Below, in pieces: positions 33,089 through 42,717 of a stretch of DNA of 43,280 bases. This DNA comes from Deltaproteobacteria bacterium (lineage in GTDB: Bacteria; UBA10199; GCA-002796325; 1-14-0-20-49-13): contig JACPAJ010000012.1 in NCBI GenBank assembly GCA_016180865.1, forward strand, positions 1 through 43,280, written 5' to 3'. The position numbers were made by a program, and so were the translations under genes. Numbering within the stretch: the first letter of the stretch is position 1; each line of letters opens with the position of its first letter. The notes below the pieces were generated by a model. The model was not told where the DNA came from and ran no database searches. It saw nothing but the letters and a program-made list of their open reading frames with translations.

Positions 33089-35320
33089 ATGGAAAATTTC
33101 TTTAATCCCAAAAGCGTTGCCGTAATCGGCGTTTCGGAATCGCCGGCGAATATGGCCAAAAATATCGTCGGCAATCTGATTGAATTCGGATTCAAAGGGA
33201 TAATTTATCAGGTCGGCAAAACCGAAGGAACGCTTTTTAGCCGCAAAATTTACCGTTCGGTGCTGGAGATCGAAGATAAAATCGACCTCGCGGTAATATT
33301 AACGCCCGCGGCCGCGATTCCGCAGCTTATGGAAGAATGCGGAAAGAAAAATATCCATAACATTGTCATAGAATCGGCTGGTTTCGGCGAATTCGGCGAA
33401 AAAGGGAAAGAGCTCGAAAAAACAATCCTGAAAATCGCAAAAAAATACAACATCAGATTCATCGGCCCGAACTGCATCGGCACAATGGATCTCGCAAGCG
33501 GCCTTGCAACTTCGTTCGTCTCTTTTAAAAACACTTTCAAAAGGGACGGAATATCGATCGTCAGCCAGAGCGGCGGCGTTGGATTCAGCTACATAACAAC
33601 GCTTGCGAGCGAAAATTTAGGCATCTCCAAATTTGCCAGCATCGGCAACAAGCTGAATGTGAACGAAAACGATCTTCTGGAATACCTGATCGACGATCCG
33701 GAAACGAAAATCATTTGCATATACCTTGAAGGAATAAGCAACGGCCGAAAACTTTTGGAGATTGCAAAACGGTCGCCAAAACCGGTCCTCGTGCAAAAGG
33801 CGAATACCGGCAGCCACGCCAAATCGATCGCTGAATCCCACACGGCGGCCCTTTCATCCGACGACAAGGTTGTGGACGCTGCGCTGAAGCAGAGCGGAAT
33901 AGCAAGAATTCTGGACCGCGAAACGCTTGTGAATTATTTAAAAATCATGCCGCTCCCCAAAATGCGGGGCAATAAGCTCGCCATTATTTCCAGAAGCGGC
34001 GGCCACGCGATTATCGCGGCCGATGTGAGCGAGCAGGAGGGCTTTGAGCTCGCCGCGCTGAATAAAAATTTCCTGCATGATATAGAAAAACATCTGCGCG
34101 CCAAAGTCATCCGCCTCACAAACCCGATAGATATCGGCGACCTTTTCGACTACGGCGTTTACGCCGAAATAATCGAAAAGACGCTGAAGCAGCCGAATAT
34201 CGACGGCGTTGTTTTCATGCACGCCTATTTCAGCGAAACCGAAGGGACGCCTTCGCGCGTTCTCTTCAATAAAATAAAAGATCTTTCATATAAATACGAC
34301 AAACCGGTTGGAATATGCATAGCAACGGATGAAGACGAATTTTCGCGCCTACGGAAAGAGCTCGATTATCCGCTGTTCAATGTTCCATCCGCCGTCGTCC
34401 GCGCTCTCGCATTGTCGAGGGATTTTTATTTGAAAAGGTCTTCTGTCATTGCGAGGAGCGAAGTGACGAAGCAATCTCCTGCAAACAATTGCACGCAGGG
34501 GATTGCCACGGCCGCTTCGCGGCCTCGCAATGACAAAACTGCCAAAATCCTCCGCACATGCCTTAGCCAGAAAAGAAATCCTTCCTTTCAAGAAGGCATG
34601 GAAATCTTCAAGGCCTATGGAATTCCGATTGTTAAAACTATACAGGCGAAAAATGCTGACGAAGCCGTGCGTGCTGCGGCAAAAATCGGCTATCCTGTGG
34701 TGATGAAAATATCGTCCCAAAAAATTTCCCATAAAACAGATGTCGGCGGCGTAAAATTGAATATTAAAAATGAATCGCAGCTGCGGGAAGAGCATAAAGC
34801 GATGATGAAAACTCTGTTTCAAACTCCGTCATCCCTGCGAAAGCAGGGATCCAGAGCGCTTACTCGAGATTCCCGCCTGCGCGGGAATGACAATCGTGAG
34901 GTCATCATTCAGCCGATGCTCAAAAAGGGCTGGGAGCTGATACTTGGCGCAAAACAGGATCCCAATTTCGGGCCGGTTGTTTTGGCGGGACTTGGCGGCA
35001 TATTTGTGGAGATATTTAAAGATACAACTATCCGTGTTGTGCCGATTGATAAAGACGAGCCGGCCAAAATGCTCTCCGAGCTGAAAGGCTACGCAATACT
35101 CCAAGGGGCCAGAGGAGATAAACCCTACGACATAAAAGCAGCGGAAGCCGCCATTTCAAAACTCGCCCGCCTAATCGCCGATTTTCCGGAGATAAAAGAG
35201 ATAGACATCAATCCGTTTTATGTGCTGCACAAAGGAGGAGGCGGATTTGCGCTGGACGCCAGGGTGATTCTATTTGCTCCGCGACCGGTGAAAATAAAAA
35301 TAGACCGGAAGGCCGGCTAA
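33089..35320 (+). CDS. Acyl-CoA synthetase (ADP/NDP-forming; CoA-binding plus ATP-grasp), carrying two in-frame repeat insertions
   Basis: MENFFNPKSVAVIGVSESP CoA-binding start, GPNCIG, ATP-grasp part (GYPVVMKISSQKISHKTDVGGV, DINPF). The track ORF start at 32756 would overlap the neighbouring gene, so ATG 33089 is preferred. Confidence 0.85.
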   Translation: MENFFNPKSVAVIGVSESPANMAKNIVGNLIEFGFKGIIYQVGKTEGTLFSRKIYRSVLEIEDKIDLAVILTPAAAIPQLMEECGKKNIHNIVIESAGFGEFGEKGKELEKTILKIAKKYNIRFIGPNCIGTMDLASGLATSFVSFKNTFKRDGISIVSQSGGVGFSYITTLASENLGISKFASIGNKLNVNENDLLEYLIDDPETKIICIYLEGISNGRKLLEIAKRSPKPVLVQKANTGSHAKSIAESHTAALSSDDKVVDAALKQSGIARILDRETLVNYLKIMPLPKMRGNKLAIISRSGGHAIIAADVSEQEGFELAALNKNFLHDIEKHLRAKVIRLTNPIDIGDLFDYGVYAEIIEKTLKQPNIDGVVFMHAYFSETEGTPSRVLFNKIKDLSYKYDKPVGICIATDEDEFSRLRKELDYPLFNVPSAVVRALALSRDFYLKRSSVIARSEVTKQSPANNCTQGIATAASRPRNDKTAKILRTCLSQKRNPSFQEGMEIFKAYGIPIVKTIQAKNADEAVRAAAKIGYPVVMKISSQKISHKTDVGGVKLNIKNESQLREEHKAMMKTLFQTPSSLRKQGSRALTRDSRLRGNDNREVIIQPMLKKGWELILGAKQDPNFGPVVLAGLGGIFVEIFKDTTIRVVPIDKDEPAKMLSELKGYAILQGARGDKPYDIKAAEAAISKLARLIADFPEIKEIDINPFYVLHKGGGGFALDARVILFAPRPVKIKIDRKAG
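34445..34534. repeat. 90-nt imperfect palindromic element in frame in the acyl-CoA synthetase gene
   Basis: Termini GTCATTGCGAGG and CCTCGCAATGAC are exact reverse complements. The arms are about 32 nt and imperfect, with a central CCTGC...GCAGG hairpin. Translated as VIARSEVTKQSPANNCTQGIATAASRPRND. Confidence 0.85.
34828..34891. repeat. ~64-nt double-hairpin palindromic element in frame in the acyl-CoA synthetase gene
   Basis: GTCAT-CCCTGC-GAAA-GCAGGG-ATC ... GAT-TCCCGC-CTGC-GCGGGA-ATGAC. Two related hairpins in inverted orientation. Translated as SSLRKQGSRALTRDSRLRGND. Confidence 0.85.
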
Positions 35321-36613
35321 GATAATCATCAGGCCTATTCCTGATTGTTGTGGGCTTGTATAGAGAGTGTTAATCAATAAAAATACCGAAGCGATCATAA
35401 AGATAACGGGCACCCAAGGATAGCCAAGCGTTTTATATGGCCTAGGGATATTCGGAAGCCTCCTTCTAAAAAGAATGATGGCGCCGGTTGCGGCGGCATA
35501 GAATATCCATGACGCAAATACAACATAGTCGGTAAGCTGGTCGAAAGTTCCCGACATGGCCAGCAAGCAGGACCAAACCCCTTGAACCAAAACCGCCAAA
35601 ACAGGCACCCTTGTTTTTGAGTTAACATTGGAAAGTTTTTGGGGGAAAAGAGAATCTTCCGCCATGGCAAACGGCACGCGAGCGCTGGTCAAAATGGAGC
35701 CGTTCATGGCTCCAAGGGCCGAAATTGCAAAGACAACGGATAACACCGTAATGCCAACCGGCCCTAAAAATGTTTGGGCGGCCGAAGTCGCAACAGGAAG
35801 GGCATCGGGATAAGCCGTAGAATTTGCGCTCAAAACCTCTGCAAACGGGAGCGCGTAAAAATAAACAAGATTGGCCATCATGTAAATAAGCAGGATGGAA
35901 AAAATCCCGATGATCAGAGATAAGGGAATGTTTCTTTGTGGGTTCTTGATCTCTCCGGAGACCATCGGAAGATTGTTCCAGCCATCGTAAGCCCACAGCG
36001 CGGCGAGCATTGCCACTCCAAATGCCGAAAAGCCGGGCCACCGGCCGCCGCCTGCGGGGGCATTCAAATGCAGCCAATCTGCAGATTGCGAAGCGAAAAA
36101 TATTCCAAATATTATCGCAACGATTAAAAAAATCTTTAAAAAGGTCAGAAATGATTGAACCTTGCCGCCAAATGTAATGGCAAGGCAGTTTAATAAAGAG
36201 AAGAATATTATAAAAGATATGGCAAGCCCTGTCTTACCTCCAATAAACTCCAGAGAAAAAGTAGCGCCAAGAAATGTGGCGGCGCCAACGGAATAGGCGG
36301 CGATAGTGCCGGGAGACCCAATCCAGAAACGCTGCCAGCCGTATAAAAATGACGGGAGCCGTCCATACGCCTCTTTTAAGTAGATGTATTCTCCGCCGGT
36401 TTGATGGAACATCCCTCCAAGTTCCGCATAGGCAAGCGCCCCAGCGCATGAAAGAAGGCCGGCAACCAGCCACGCCAAGAGAACATAAAAGGGAGACCCC
36501 ACAGTTTGAGCCATGATGGGTGTCTTCAGAAAAATACCGGTCCCAATAATTGTTCCGATTACAATGCTGGTTGAATCGATAAAACCCAAGCCTCTAACAA
36601 GTTTCGGTTCCAT
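35270..36613 (-). CDS. APC-superfamily amino acid permease
   Basis: 447 aa, about 12 hydrophobic segments, typical APC N-terminal region. Its 3' end overlaps the convergent synthetase gene by 51 nt. Confidence 0.85.
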   Translation of the reverse strand: MEPKLVRGLGFIDSTSIVIGTIIGTGIFLKTPIMAQTVGSPFYVLLAWLVAGLLSCAGALAYAELGGMFHQTGGEYIYLKEAYGRLPSFLYGWQRFWIGSPGTIAAYSVGAATFLGATFSLEFIGGKTGLAISFIIFFSLLNCLAITFGGKVQSFLTFLKIFLIVAIIFGIFFASQSADWLHLNAPAGGGRWPGFSAFGVAMLAALWAYDGWNNLPMVSGEIKNPQRNIPLSLIIGIFSILLIYMMANLVYFYALPFAEVLSANSTAYPDALPVATSAAQTFLGPVGITVLSVVFAISALGAMNGSILTSARVPFAMAEDSLFPQKLSNVNSKTRVPVLAVLVQGVWSCLLAMSGTFDQLTDYVVFASWIFYAAATGAIILFRRRLPNIPRPYKTLGYPWVPVIFMIASVFLLINTLYTSPQQSGIGLMIILAGLPVYFYFHRSRSK

Positions 36614-36654
36614 TTATCATCTATAACACTGTGCCTAAAATTTGCAAACCGTTT

Positions 36655-38112
36655 TTACGGTGCTGCTGAAAGATCATCATCTTTTTGTAGGGCTTTAGCT
36701 TGCTGGACCGCGGTAATTGCTTCATCTCTAGCAATTTCTAATTCCGGATATTCGGAAATAGCCCTTTTAACATAATATGGAGACATTTTAACGTCTCTTG
36801 CTGCAGCTACCACATCGCCTTTATTCGCGCGCAGAGCGTTTTCAATCGCCGTTATTTGCTCAGGACTAAACTCAAGCTTAGGCCGGCCACGCCCTCTTTT
36901 TGGCTTCATAGCTTTGGCCGCCGCTTTTTGCGCCGCAGCCTCTGCCCTAGAGCTCCTTACCGCGGCTCTTTCCTCATTTAATATTCTTTTAAGGTTCGGG
37001 TTTCTGGAAATAGCTATCTGCACTCTATGCATAAGCATTTGAACGTCTCTCGCGACGGCTGCCACATTACCTTTATTCGCGCGCAGAGCTTTTTCAATCG
37101 CAGTTATTTGCTCCGGACTAAACTGAAGTTTGAAGCGGTCTCCTCTCCCTTTGTTAGAACCTTTTATATTGGTAAATCTTTTAATTGGACTGCTTTCCGG
37201 AGCTCTTTTTATCCGTTGCGTAATTGAACTTAGTGTTTTTCCGATCCACCTTGCCACATCTGTCCTGCAACCATTGAAGTGTTTTAACAAAACGATCAGA
37301 TCAAAAAGGTCATAATATTCTTTCCCTTTTGGCGGCAAATATTTCTCCCCCCTTCCGCGTTCGCCCAATTTTTCTGGTGGAGTTTTAACCACCATCAATA
37401 AACCGGCGCCGGCAGCAATTGCCTCTCCTCCGGCCAATGCTGCAGTTTCAGAACCCGCGATTGCAGCGGTCGCAACTCCGCCGCGAGAAACTGTTACAAC
37501 CGGTCCTCCGCCGGAAGAAAATGTGCCGGAAGCTAATTCACCGGCTCCGGAAACAAGGCTTAAAGCGCCGAAGATTATTGCCGACGCCATTATGCCGGTT
37601 TCAGTGAATTCTTTGGAAGCTTGATATACATCCTTCCCATCCGGCCATCTTGCCATCTCGCCATCTACCAACCCCGCTATTTGTGAAAATACGAAAATAC
37701 CACTGTTATAAACACCGGTCGCAATTTCGCATCCAATTTCACCCGTCCGGTAAACGACAGCAGCGGGCCCCCTTGGAATCTCATTTATAATTTTTAGCTC
37801 ATTATCCGCGATACCAAGAGACGATGCTCCAAAAAATTTCAAAAACGCCATGCCGATGCCGGCCTTGGCGGCAAGAGACGGATCATGAATATCTTTTAAG
37901 ATGCCGGTTTGGACAAATTTATCTATCTCCCCTATCGCCTCAAGCCCTCCTTGAGCAAGCGTATGGGTAGCCCAATAATCGGCGGTAGTCCTGTAATACC
38001 CGGTAGATTCAAAATCCGCTTTTAAATCAGCATATTGCTCCGCCCAAAAATCATGAGCATCCCTGAAAAGAGGCCTTGCAATATATCTTAATATTTCTGT
38101 TCCTATGGCCAT
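36655..38112 (-). CDS. Hypothetical protein with a Gly/Ala-rich hydrophobic centre and three C-terminal resolvase/Fis-like HTH units
   Basis: Two near-identical units (K-L-x-FSPEQITAIE-x-ALRANKG-x-V-x-A-x-ARDV) plus a third more distant unit (VARWIGKTLSSITQRIKR). The N-terminal ~250 aa is unassignable. Confidence 0.7.
   Translation of the reverse strand: MAIGTEILRYIARPLFRDAHDFWAEQYADLKADFESTGYYRTTADYWATHTLAQGGLEAIGEIDKFVQTGILKDIHDPSLAAKAGIGMAFLKFFGASSLGIADNELKIINEIPRGPAAVVYRTGEIGCEIATGVYNSGIFVFSQIAGLVDGEMARWPDGKDVYQASKEFTETGIMASAIIFGALSLVSGAGELASGTFSSGGGPVVTVSRGGVATAAIAGSETAALAGGEAIAAGAGLLMVVKTPPEKLGERGRGEKYLPPKGKEYYDLFDLIVLLKHFNGCRTDVARWIGKTLSSITQRIKRAPESSPIKRFTNIKGSNKGRGDRFKLQFSPEQITAIEKALRANKGNVAAVARDVQMLMHRVQIAISRNPNLKRILNEERAAVRSSRAEAAAQKAAAKAMKPKRGRGRPKLEFSPEQITAIENALRANKGDVVAAARDVKMSPYYVKRAISEYPELEIARDEAITAVQQAKALQKDDDLSAAP
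36790..37128 (-). repeat. Internal in-frame duplication (two 87-nt copies, 252 nt apart) encoding the HTH units
   Basis: 36790..36876 versus 37042..37128 are about 76 of 87 nt identical by hand alignment. Confidence 0.8.
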
Positions 38113-38221
38113 GTTGATCTCTTATCGGCTTAAACTCTAAAAGGTTGCTCTTTTTTCTTAGCAACTTATTCACTATTATGCCGATACATGAAACATGATC
38201 AAAAAACAATAAGGAGTTGCC

Positions 38222-39883
38222 ATGTATAAAGAAATAATTCTATCTTCAGAAGAGGCATTTTTGCTTTACAGTCAACTATCGAGTAATGACATAGAGGACG
38301 GATTTCCAACTGCTGTGGAACTTTCTATAGAGCAAGACGAAACATTTTTTTTCGTTGAAGATATTGATGCCAAAAAATTTATAAGCCAATTTCTGGCCCC
38401 TGAAGAAAAGAATTCATACAGCCTTTTTATTAACACACATCTCCCTGCCACAGTTAAAATTGAAGATATACAAAAAAATCCATATCTTGGCATGTTTTTT
38501 GGCAGGCTTGCTCAGGCCGAAGGGAGTGAAGAGCAGAATTGTGAGCTCTATTTTAGAAACAAAGGACTAACTTTTGAAGAGATTGATTCTTTAATAAAGA
38601 TTGCAAGGAACACTGAACAATTAACCGCATCTCAAAATCCAACCGAAGAAGACTATAGCCATTTTATGAAAGCGTTGTCGATGGCTCTTAGTCAACAAGG
38701 CTCTATAGGCGAAGTTGCAACTGCGTTTGAAAATCTTAAAAATAAAAACGCCAAAGGGTTTTCGCCCATCCAGGAACAACCGGGTCTTTTTTATGAACGA
38801 CCGTTAATATTAATAGATTTGGCATGCCAAATTCTTTCTTTAATCGCCATTAATGATTATGAACACTTATTGCGCGCCAACTTCACCAATGACCAGTTGT
38901 CAGGAATGCCCCCAGTTATAATGGGGCCGTTATCCGTAAAACCAAGCATAATTGATGGAAATGTTGTTTCAGTTTATGATGGCAACGAGGCGGCAGAAAA
39001 ACAGAGAAGCGCTTTATATGATGTAAGTGTAAATGCCATATTTTATTCTAATAAATTGTTTAGAACCGATTTTTTCGAACCAGATTCAAAAAGTGGGGAC
39101 ATACCAGCTACAGTTGTTAATCATGAAATCGTACATGCTTGGCAGGACATGGAAAAAAGATCTATGGCATTGAAGTTAAAAGAGGCTGAGGCACATTTTA
39201 CAGACACATTTTATGACAGATTGAAAAATGGAAAAACCCGTTATGATGAATTGCATAAAAAGAACAGAGAAGTTTATATGCCGGGTTGGAAGCTGGTCCT
39301 TGAAAGAATGGAAACAGTCGCAGGGCTAAAGCTTACCGAAGAGGATTTCTTAGATCTGTTGGATATTAGAAGTGATTATATATCAGTTATAGAAGATATG
39401 CTAACTCGACTCCAACGCGGAAAAAAGCTTCCTGAAATTGATATGAAAACATTCGGCGAACGCTATGCCGAAAGTGAATCCGTTTTATCTTGGGTTGGCC
39501 CTGCATTTAACACAGTTACTATACCCGGCGGCCGATTCGATATGATACGTCGTGAAGGAAACCTGCCCATTCTTGATATAATGGGCGCCAGCAAAAAACC
39601 CGACGGGACTTTAGACCTTAAACCCGTGGAAATCCGACTGCCGCAAGATGAAAATAAATTCGAAAAGACAGTGTTTTCGACTATTGATGCAATGAAAACA
39701 ACAACTGATTATCCGCGCATAAAAGCAATAAATGCCATACATGCTGTTGTTATTTACCTTGTTTATATGCACAAACGACATCCCGGCAAGGTCAACGCCA
39801 AGGAAGTCTTTGAAAATGTGCTTATGCCTTTTGCCAACAGATTAACGGACGGGCTTCCACCGCCGTTTACTCTGGGAATATGA
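38222..39883 (+). CDS. Hypothetical 553-aa protein with a single HExxH motif, no signal peptide
   Basis: Good SD (AAGGAG). VVNHEIVHAWQD is the only recognisable motif. AT-rich relative to the core genes. Confidence 0.7.
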   Translation: MYKEIILSSEEAFLLYSQLSSNDIEDGFPTAVELSIEQDETFFFVEDIDAKKFISQFLAPEEKNSYSLFINTHLPATVKIEDIQKNPYLGMFFGRLAQAEGSEEQNCELYFRNKGLTFEEIDSLIKIARNTEQLTASQNPTEEDYSHFMKALSMALSQQGSIGEVATAFENLKNKNAKGFSPIQEQPGLFYERPLILIDLACQILSLIAINDYEHLLRANFTNDQLSGMPPVIMGPLSVKPSIIDGNVVSVYDGNEAAEKQRSALYDVSVNAIFYSNKLFRTDFFEPDSKSGDIPATVVNHEIVHAWQDMEKRSMALKLKEAEAHFTDTFYDRLKNGKTRYDELHKKNREVYMPGWKLVLERMETVAGLKLTEEDFLDLLDIRSDYISVIEDMLTRLQRGKKLPEIDMKTFGERYAESESVLSWVGPAFNTVTIPGGRFDMIRREGNLPILDIMGASKKPDGTLDLKPVEIRLPQDENKFEKTVFSTIDAMKTTTDYPRIKAINAIHAVVIYLVYMHKRHPGKVNAKEVFENVLMPFANRLTDGLPPPFTLGI

Positions 39884-39946
39884 CTTTTTAATGGCACCTT
39901 TGGGTTTTGCTTCCATTTTTCTGAATGCTTTGTTATAAACAGCTTC

Positions 39947-42259
39947 ATGTCAAAAAAATCCGGTCTCCGCCGGCTGTGGCGGTGGCTAAAGACCATTGCC
40001 TTTTTGAGCATGGCATTTATCCTTTTTGGAAGCTGGTATTTACACCACCTTACTCGCTCCATAGAACTGCGCTTTGAACAATCGCAAAAATGGAAAGTCC
40101 CTTCCAAAGTTTATTCGGACGCGGAATATCTCTATCCGGGGATTGATCTCGCAAATAAAAATATTAAAGCAAAGCTAAACCGCCTTGGATACCGCGATAT
40201 GGGCCTGAAAATCACCGGGCCGGGAGATTATGCTTTTACAAAAACGGGTCTTGAAATACATCTGCATGATTTTGACTATCCCGCAGAAAAATTCACCGGT
40301 TTCCCTATCAGGCTGGATCTTTCGAAAAATATCGTTGCAAAAATTACAAATCTCGCTACGGGCGAAGAGCTATCAACGGTAAAACTGGAGCCCGAACTTG
40401 TAGCACCGGTTTTTTCGGATGAGATGGAAGATAGGACGCTTGTAACCCTCAAAGATGTGCCGGAGCATCTTATTGAGGCGGTTATATTAATCGAGGATGA
40501 GAGATTCTTCCGCCATAAAGGGGTCGACCCGATAGGCATCATGCGCGCAGCGGTAAAAGACCTCTTTGCAATGAAAATCGTTCAGGGCGGCTCGACTTTG
40601 ACGCAGCAGCTTGTAAAAAATTATTTCCTCCATAATAAAAAGACAATCACGCGCAAGATAAATGAAGCGCTTCTTGCAATGATTTTGGAGCATCGTCACT
40701 CAAAAGCTGAAATTCTTGAAGCATATCTTAATGAAATCTACCTTGGACAGCGCGGCCGGTCATCCGTAATGGGAGTTGGAGAAGCGGCGCGTTTATATTT
40801 CGCAAAAAACATAGATCAGCTGGCGCTCGGCGAGGCGGCGCTATTAGCGGGACTAATAAAGTCGCCATCCGAATACTCGCCTTTCAAAAACAAAGAAAAG
40901 TCCCGCGCCCGCCGTGATTTCATCCTCGATAAAATGTACGATGAAGAGCTTATTTCCGCAAGGGAACTTGCAGACGCAAAGGGCGAAAATATCGTTACGC
41001 CCGAGCGGCCTCTGCAGGTTGTTAAAGCTCCCTACTTTATCGATTTTGTCAAAGAGCAGATCGGAACTTTATATACGCCGGAAATTCTGACCAGCGAGGG
41101 CCTTCGTATTTTTACAACGCTCGATATGACGGCGCAGATTGCGGCAGAAGCGGCCGTATCGGACGGATTAAAAAAGATTGAAACGACATATGCGGCGTCT
41201 CTGCCCAAAGACCACAAAGACCCTTTGCAGGGAGCGTTGATCAGCATCCAGCCGCAAACAGGCTTCATTCGCGCGCTTGTAGGAGGGCGTGATTTTGAAA
41301 CGAGCCAGTACAACCATATTACATTATCGCACCGGCAGAGCGGCTCATCATTTAAACCTTTTACTTATCTGACGGCTTTCGATCCCAAAAGAAGCAAAAA
41401 GCCTTTCGCCCCTTCATCTTTTATTGATGATACGTCGTTTAAAGTCCGCGCCGGCGGTGAAGACTGGTCTCCTTCGAATTACGATAAAAAAGAGCACGGC
41501 AAAGTCACTCTAAGGAAAGCGCTTGAAGAAAGTTACAATATAGCCACCGCAAAGCTTGCAATAGAGGCTGGCCTTGATAATATAGTGGAAACAGCCCGCG
41601 ACATTGGAATCACCAGCGACCTTTTAGCCGTTCCTTCAATTGCGCTCGGAGCGTTTGAAGTAACGCCTCTGGAGCTTGCGGCCGCTTACACCGTTTTTCC
41701 AAACGGCGGAATCAGAGCGGAGCCTATTTCCATCATCAACATAGCCGATAAAGACGGCCAAGTGCTGGAAAAGCGTTCGATTGAAATGAAGCGAGTTTTT
41801 GATGCCGGACCGGTTTATCTTACGACAAATGTTTTAAAGGGCGTTCTGGACCGCGGAACCGGAGCGGCAGCGCGTTCGATGGGGTTTAAAGGAATAGCCG
41901 CCGGCAAAACCGGCACCACAAGCGATTACCGCGACGCATGGTTTGCGGGCTTTACGCCATCGCTTGTAACGCTTACATGGGTCGGCTATGATGACAATGC
42001 TATAACAAACATGAGCGGCTCGCGCGCGGCGCTTCCAATCTGGACAAATTTCATGAAAAGTTATGCGGGAAACCAGCAGGAAGATTTTGCTTCTCCTAAA
42101 GACGTAATTCTGGTAAAAATCGATCCAAAGAGCGGACAGCTTGCCACAAAAAACTGTCCGGAAACTTCTTTTGAGCCGTTTATTGAGGATACGGAGCCGA
42201 ACGAACCATGCGAACTTCATCCCGCGCCGGGAGTGTTGAAAAGAATTTTTGGAAAATAG
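39947..42259 (+). CDS. Class A penicillin-binding protein (PBP1A-type transglycosylase/transpeptidase)
   Basis: N-terminal TM segment, GT51 motifs (EDERFFRHKG, GGSTLTQQ), transpeptidase motifs (SGSSFKP, KTGTT). Confidence 0.92.
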   Translation: MSKKSGLRRLWRWLKTIAFLSMAFILFGSWYLHHLTRSIELRFEQSQKWKVPSKVYSDAEYLYPGIDLANKNIKAKLNRLGYRDMGLKITGPGDYAFTKTGLEIHLHDFDYPAEKFTGFPIRLDLSKNIVAKITNLATGEELSTVKLEPELVAPVFSDEMEDRTLVTLKDVPEHLIEAVILIEDERFFRHKGVDPIGIMRAAVKDLFAMKIVQGGSTLTQQLVKNYFLHNKKTITRKINEALLAMILEHRHSKAEILEAYLNEIYLGQRGRSSVMGVGEAARLYFAKNIDQLALGEAALLAGLIKSPSEYSPFKNKEKSRARRDFILDKMYDEELISARELADAKGENIVTPERPLQVVKAPYFIDFVKEQIGTLYTPEILTSEGLRIFTTLDMTAQIAAEAAVSDGLKKIETTYAASLPKDHKDPLQGALISIQPQTGFIRALVGGRDFETSQYNHITLSHRQSGSSFKPFTYLTAFDPKRSKKPFAPSSFIDDTSFKVRAGGEDWSPSNYDKKEHGKVTLRKALEESYNIATAKLAIEAGLDNIVETARDIGITSDLLAVPSIALGAFEVTPLELAAAYTVFPNGGIRAEPISIINIADKDGQVLEKRSIEMKRVFDAGPVYLTTNVLKGVLDRGTGAAARSMGFKGIAAGKTGTTSDYRDAWFAGFTPSLVTLTWVGYDDNAITNMSGSRAALPIWTNFMKSYAGNQQEDFASPKDVILVKIDPKSGQLATKNCPETSFEPFIEDTEPNEPCELHPAPGVLKRIFGK

Positions 42260-42717
42260 CATGCGCAACGACGTGCGTCTTGCTGTTTTTCTCCTCCTGC
42301 ATGATGGGCGCAATGCATAAGCGATCAACCCATAAAAAACCTGCCCCCGCCAAAGTAGAACACGAACGCGCGCCGGAAACCGGTGCCAGAAAAGAAATCA
42401 TAAGAACGGAATCAAAGCCGATAACTTTAGCGGCAACGCCAAAAGCGAAGGCTTCGTCTACACTGCTGGAAGACGGGCGGCGCGAATTTGCGCAGGAAAA
42501 TTTTGAAGCGGCGGAACGTTCTTTTCAGGAAGCTATAAATATCGATCCCGCAAACGGCATCGCGTATTATTATCTGGCCAAAACCAAGTATGCACAGGGG
42601 CAGTTTGAACAGGCCAGCGGAGTGCTTGATAAAGCCGAAGAACTATTGGCCGGATCAAAAGAGTGGATGGAAGCGATTTCTATTTTGCGGGAGATGATAA
42701 GCCACGCCGCCAATTAG
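42208..42717 (+). CDS. TPR-repeat lipoprotein
   Basis: Lipobox-like LLFFSSC and a TPR-like segment (AINIDPANGIAYYYLAKTKYAQGQFEQA). The start is uncertain because it overlaps the PBP1A end. Confidence 0.6.
   Translation: MRTSSRAGSVEKNFWKIACATTCVLLFFSSCMMGAMHKRSTHKKPAPAKVEHERAPETGARKEIIRTESKPITLAATPKAKASSTLLEDGRREFAQENFEAAERSFQEAINIDPANGIAYYYLAKTKYAQGQFEQASGVLDKAEELLAGSKEWMEAISILREMISHAAN

Noticed and set aside
35270-35320. 51-nt convergent overlap of the synthetase and permease genes, and a 38-nt overlap of the TPR and ICMT genes at 42680..42717.
   Set aside because: These are probably ordinary 3' overlaps or slightly over-extended ORF ends. No repeat or structure is associated with them, so they are not treated as a regulatory feature.
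36790-37128. Diversity-generating retroelement (template/variable repeat pair) as an explanation for the two 87-nt repeats.
   Set aside because: There is no reverse transcriptase in the window. The 11 mismatches are of mixed types rather than adenine-specific. The repeats encode two structurally equivalent HTH units, which indicates a plain domain duplication.
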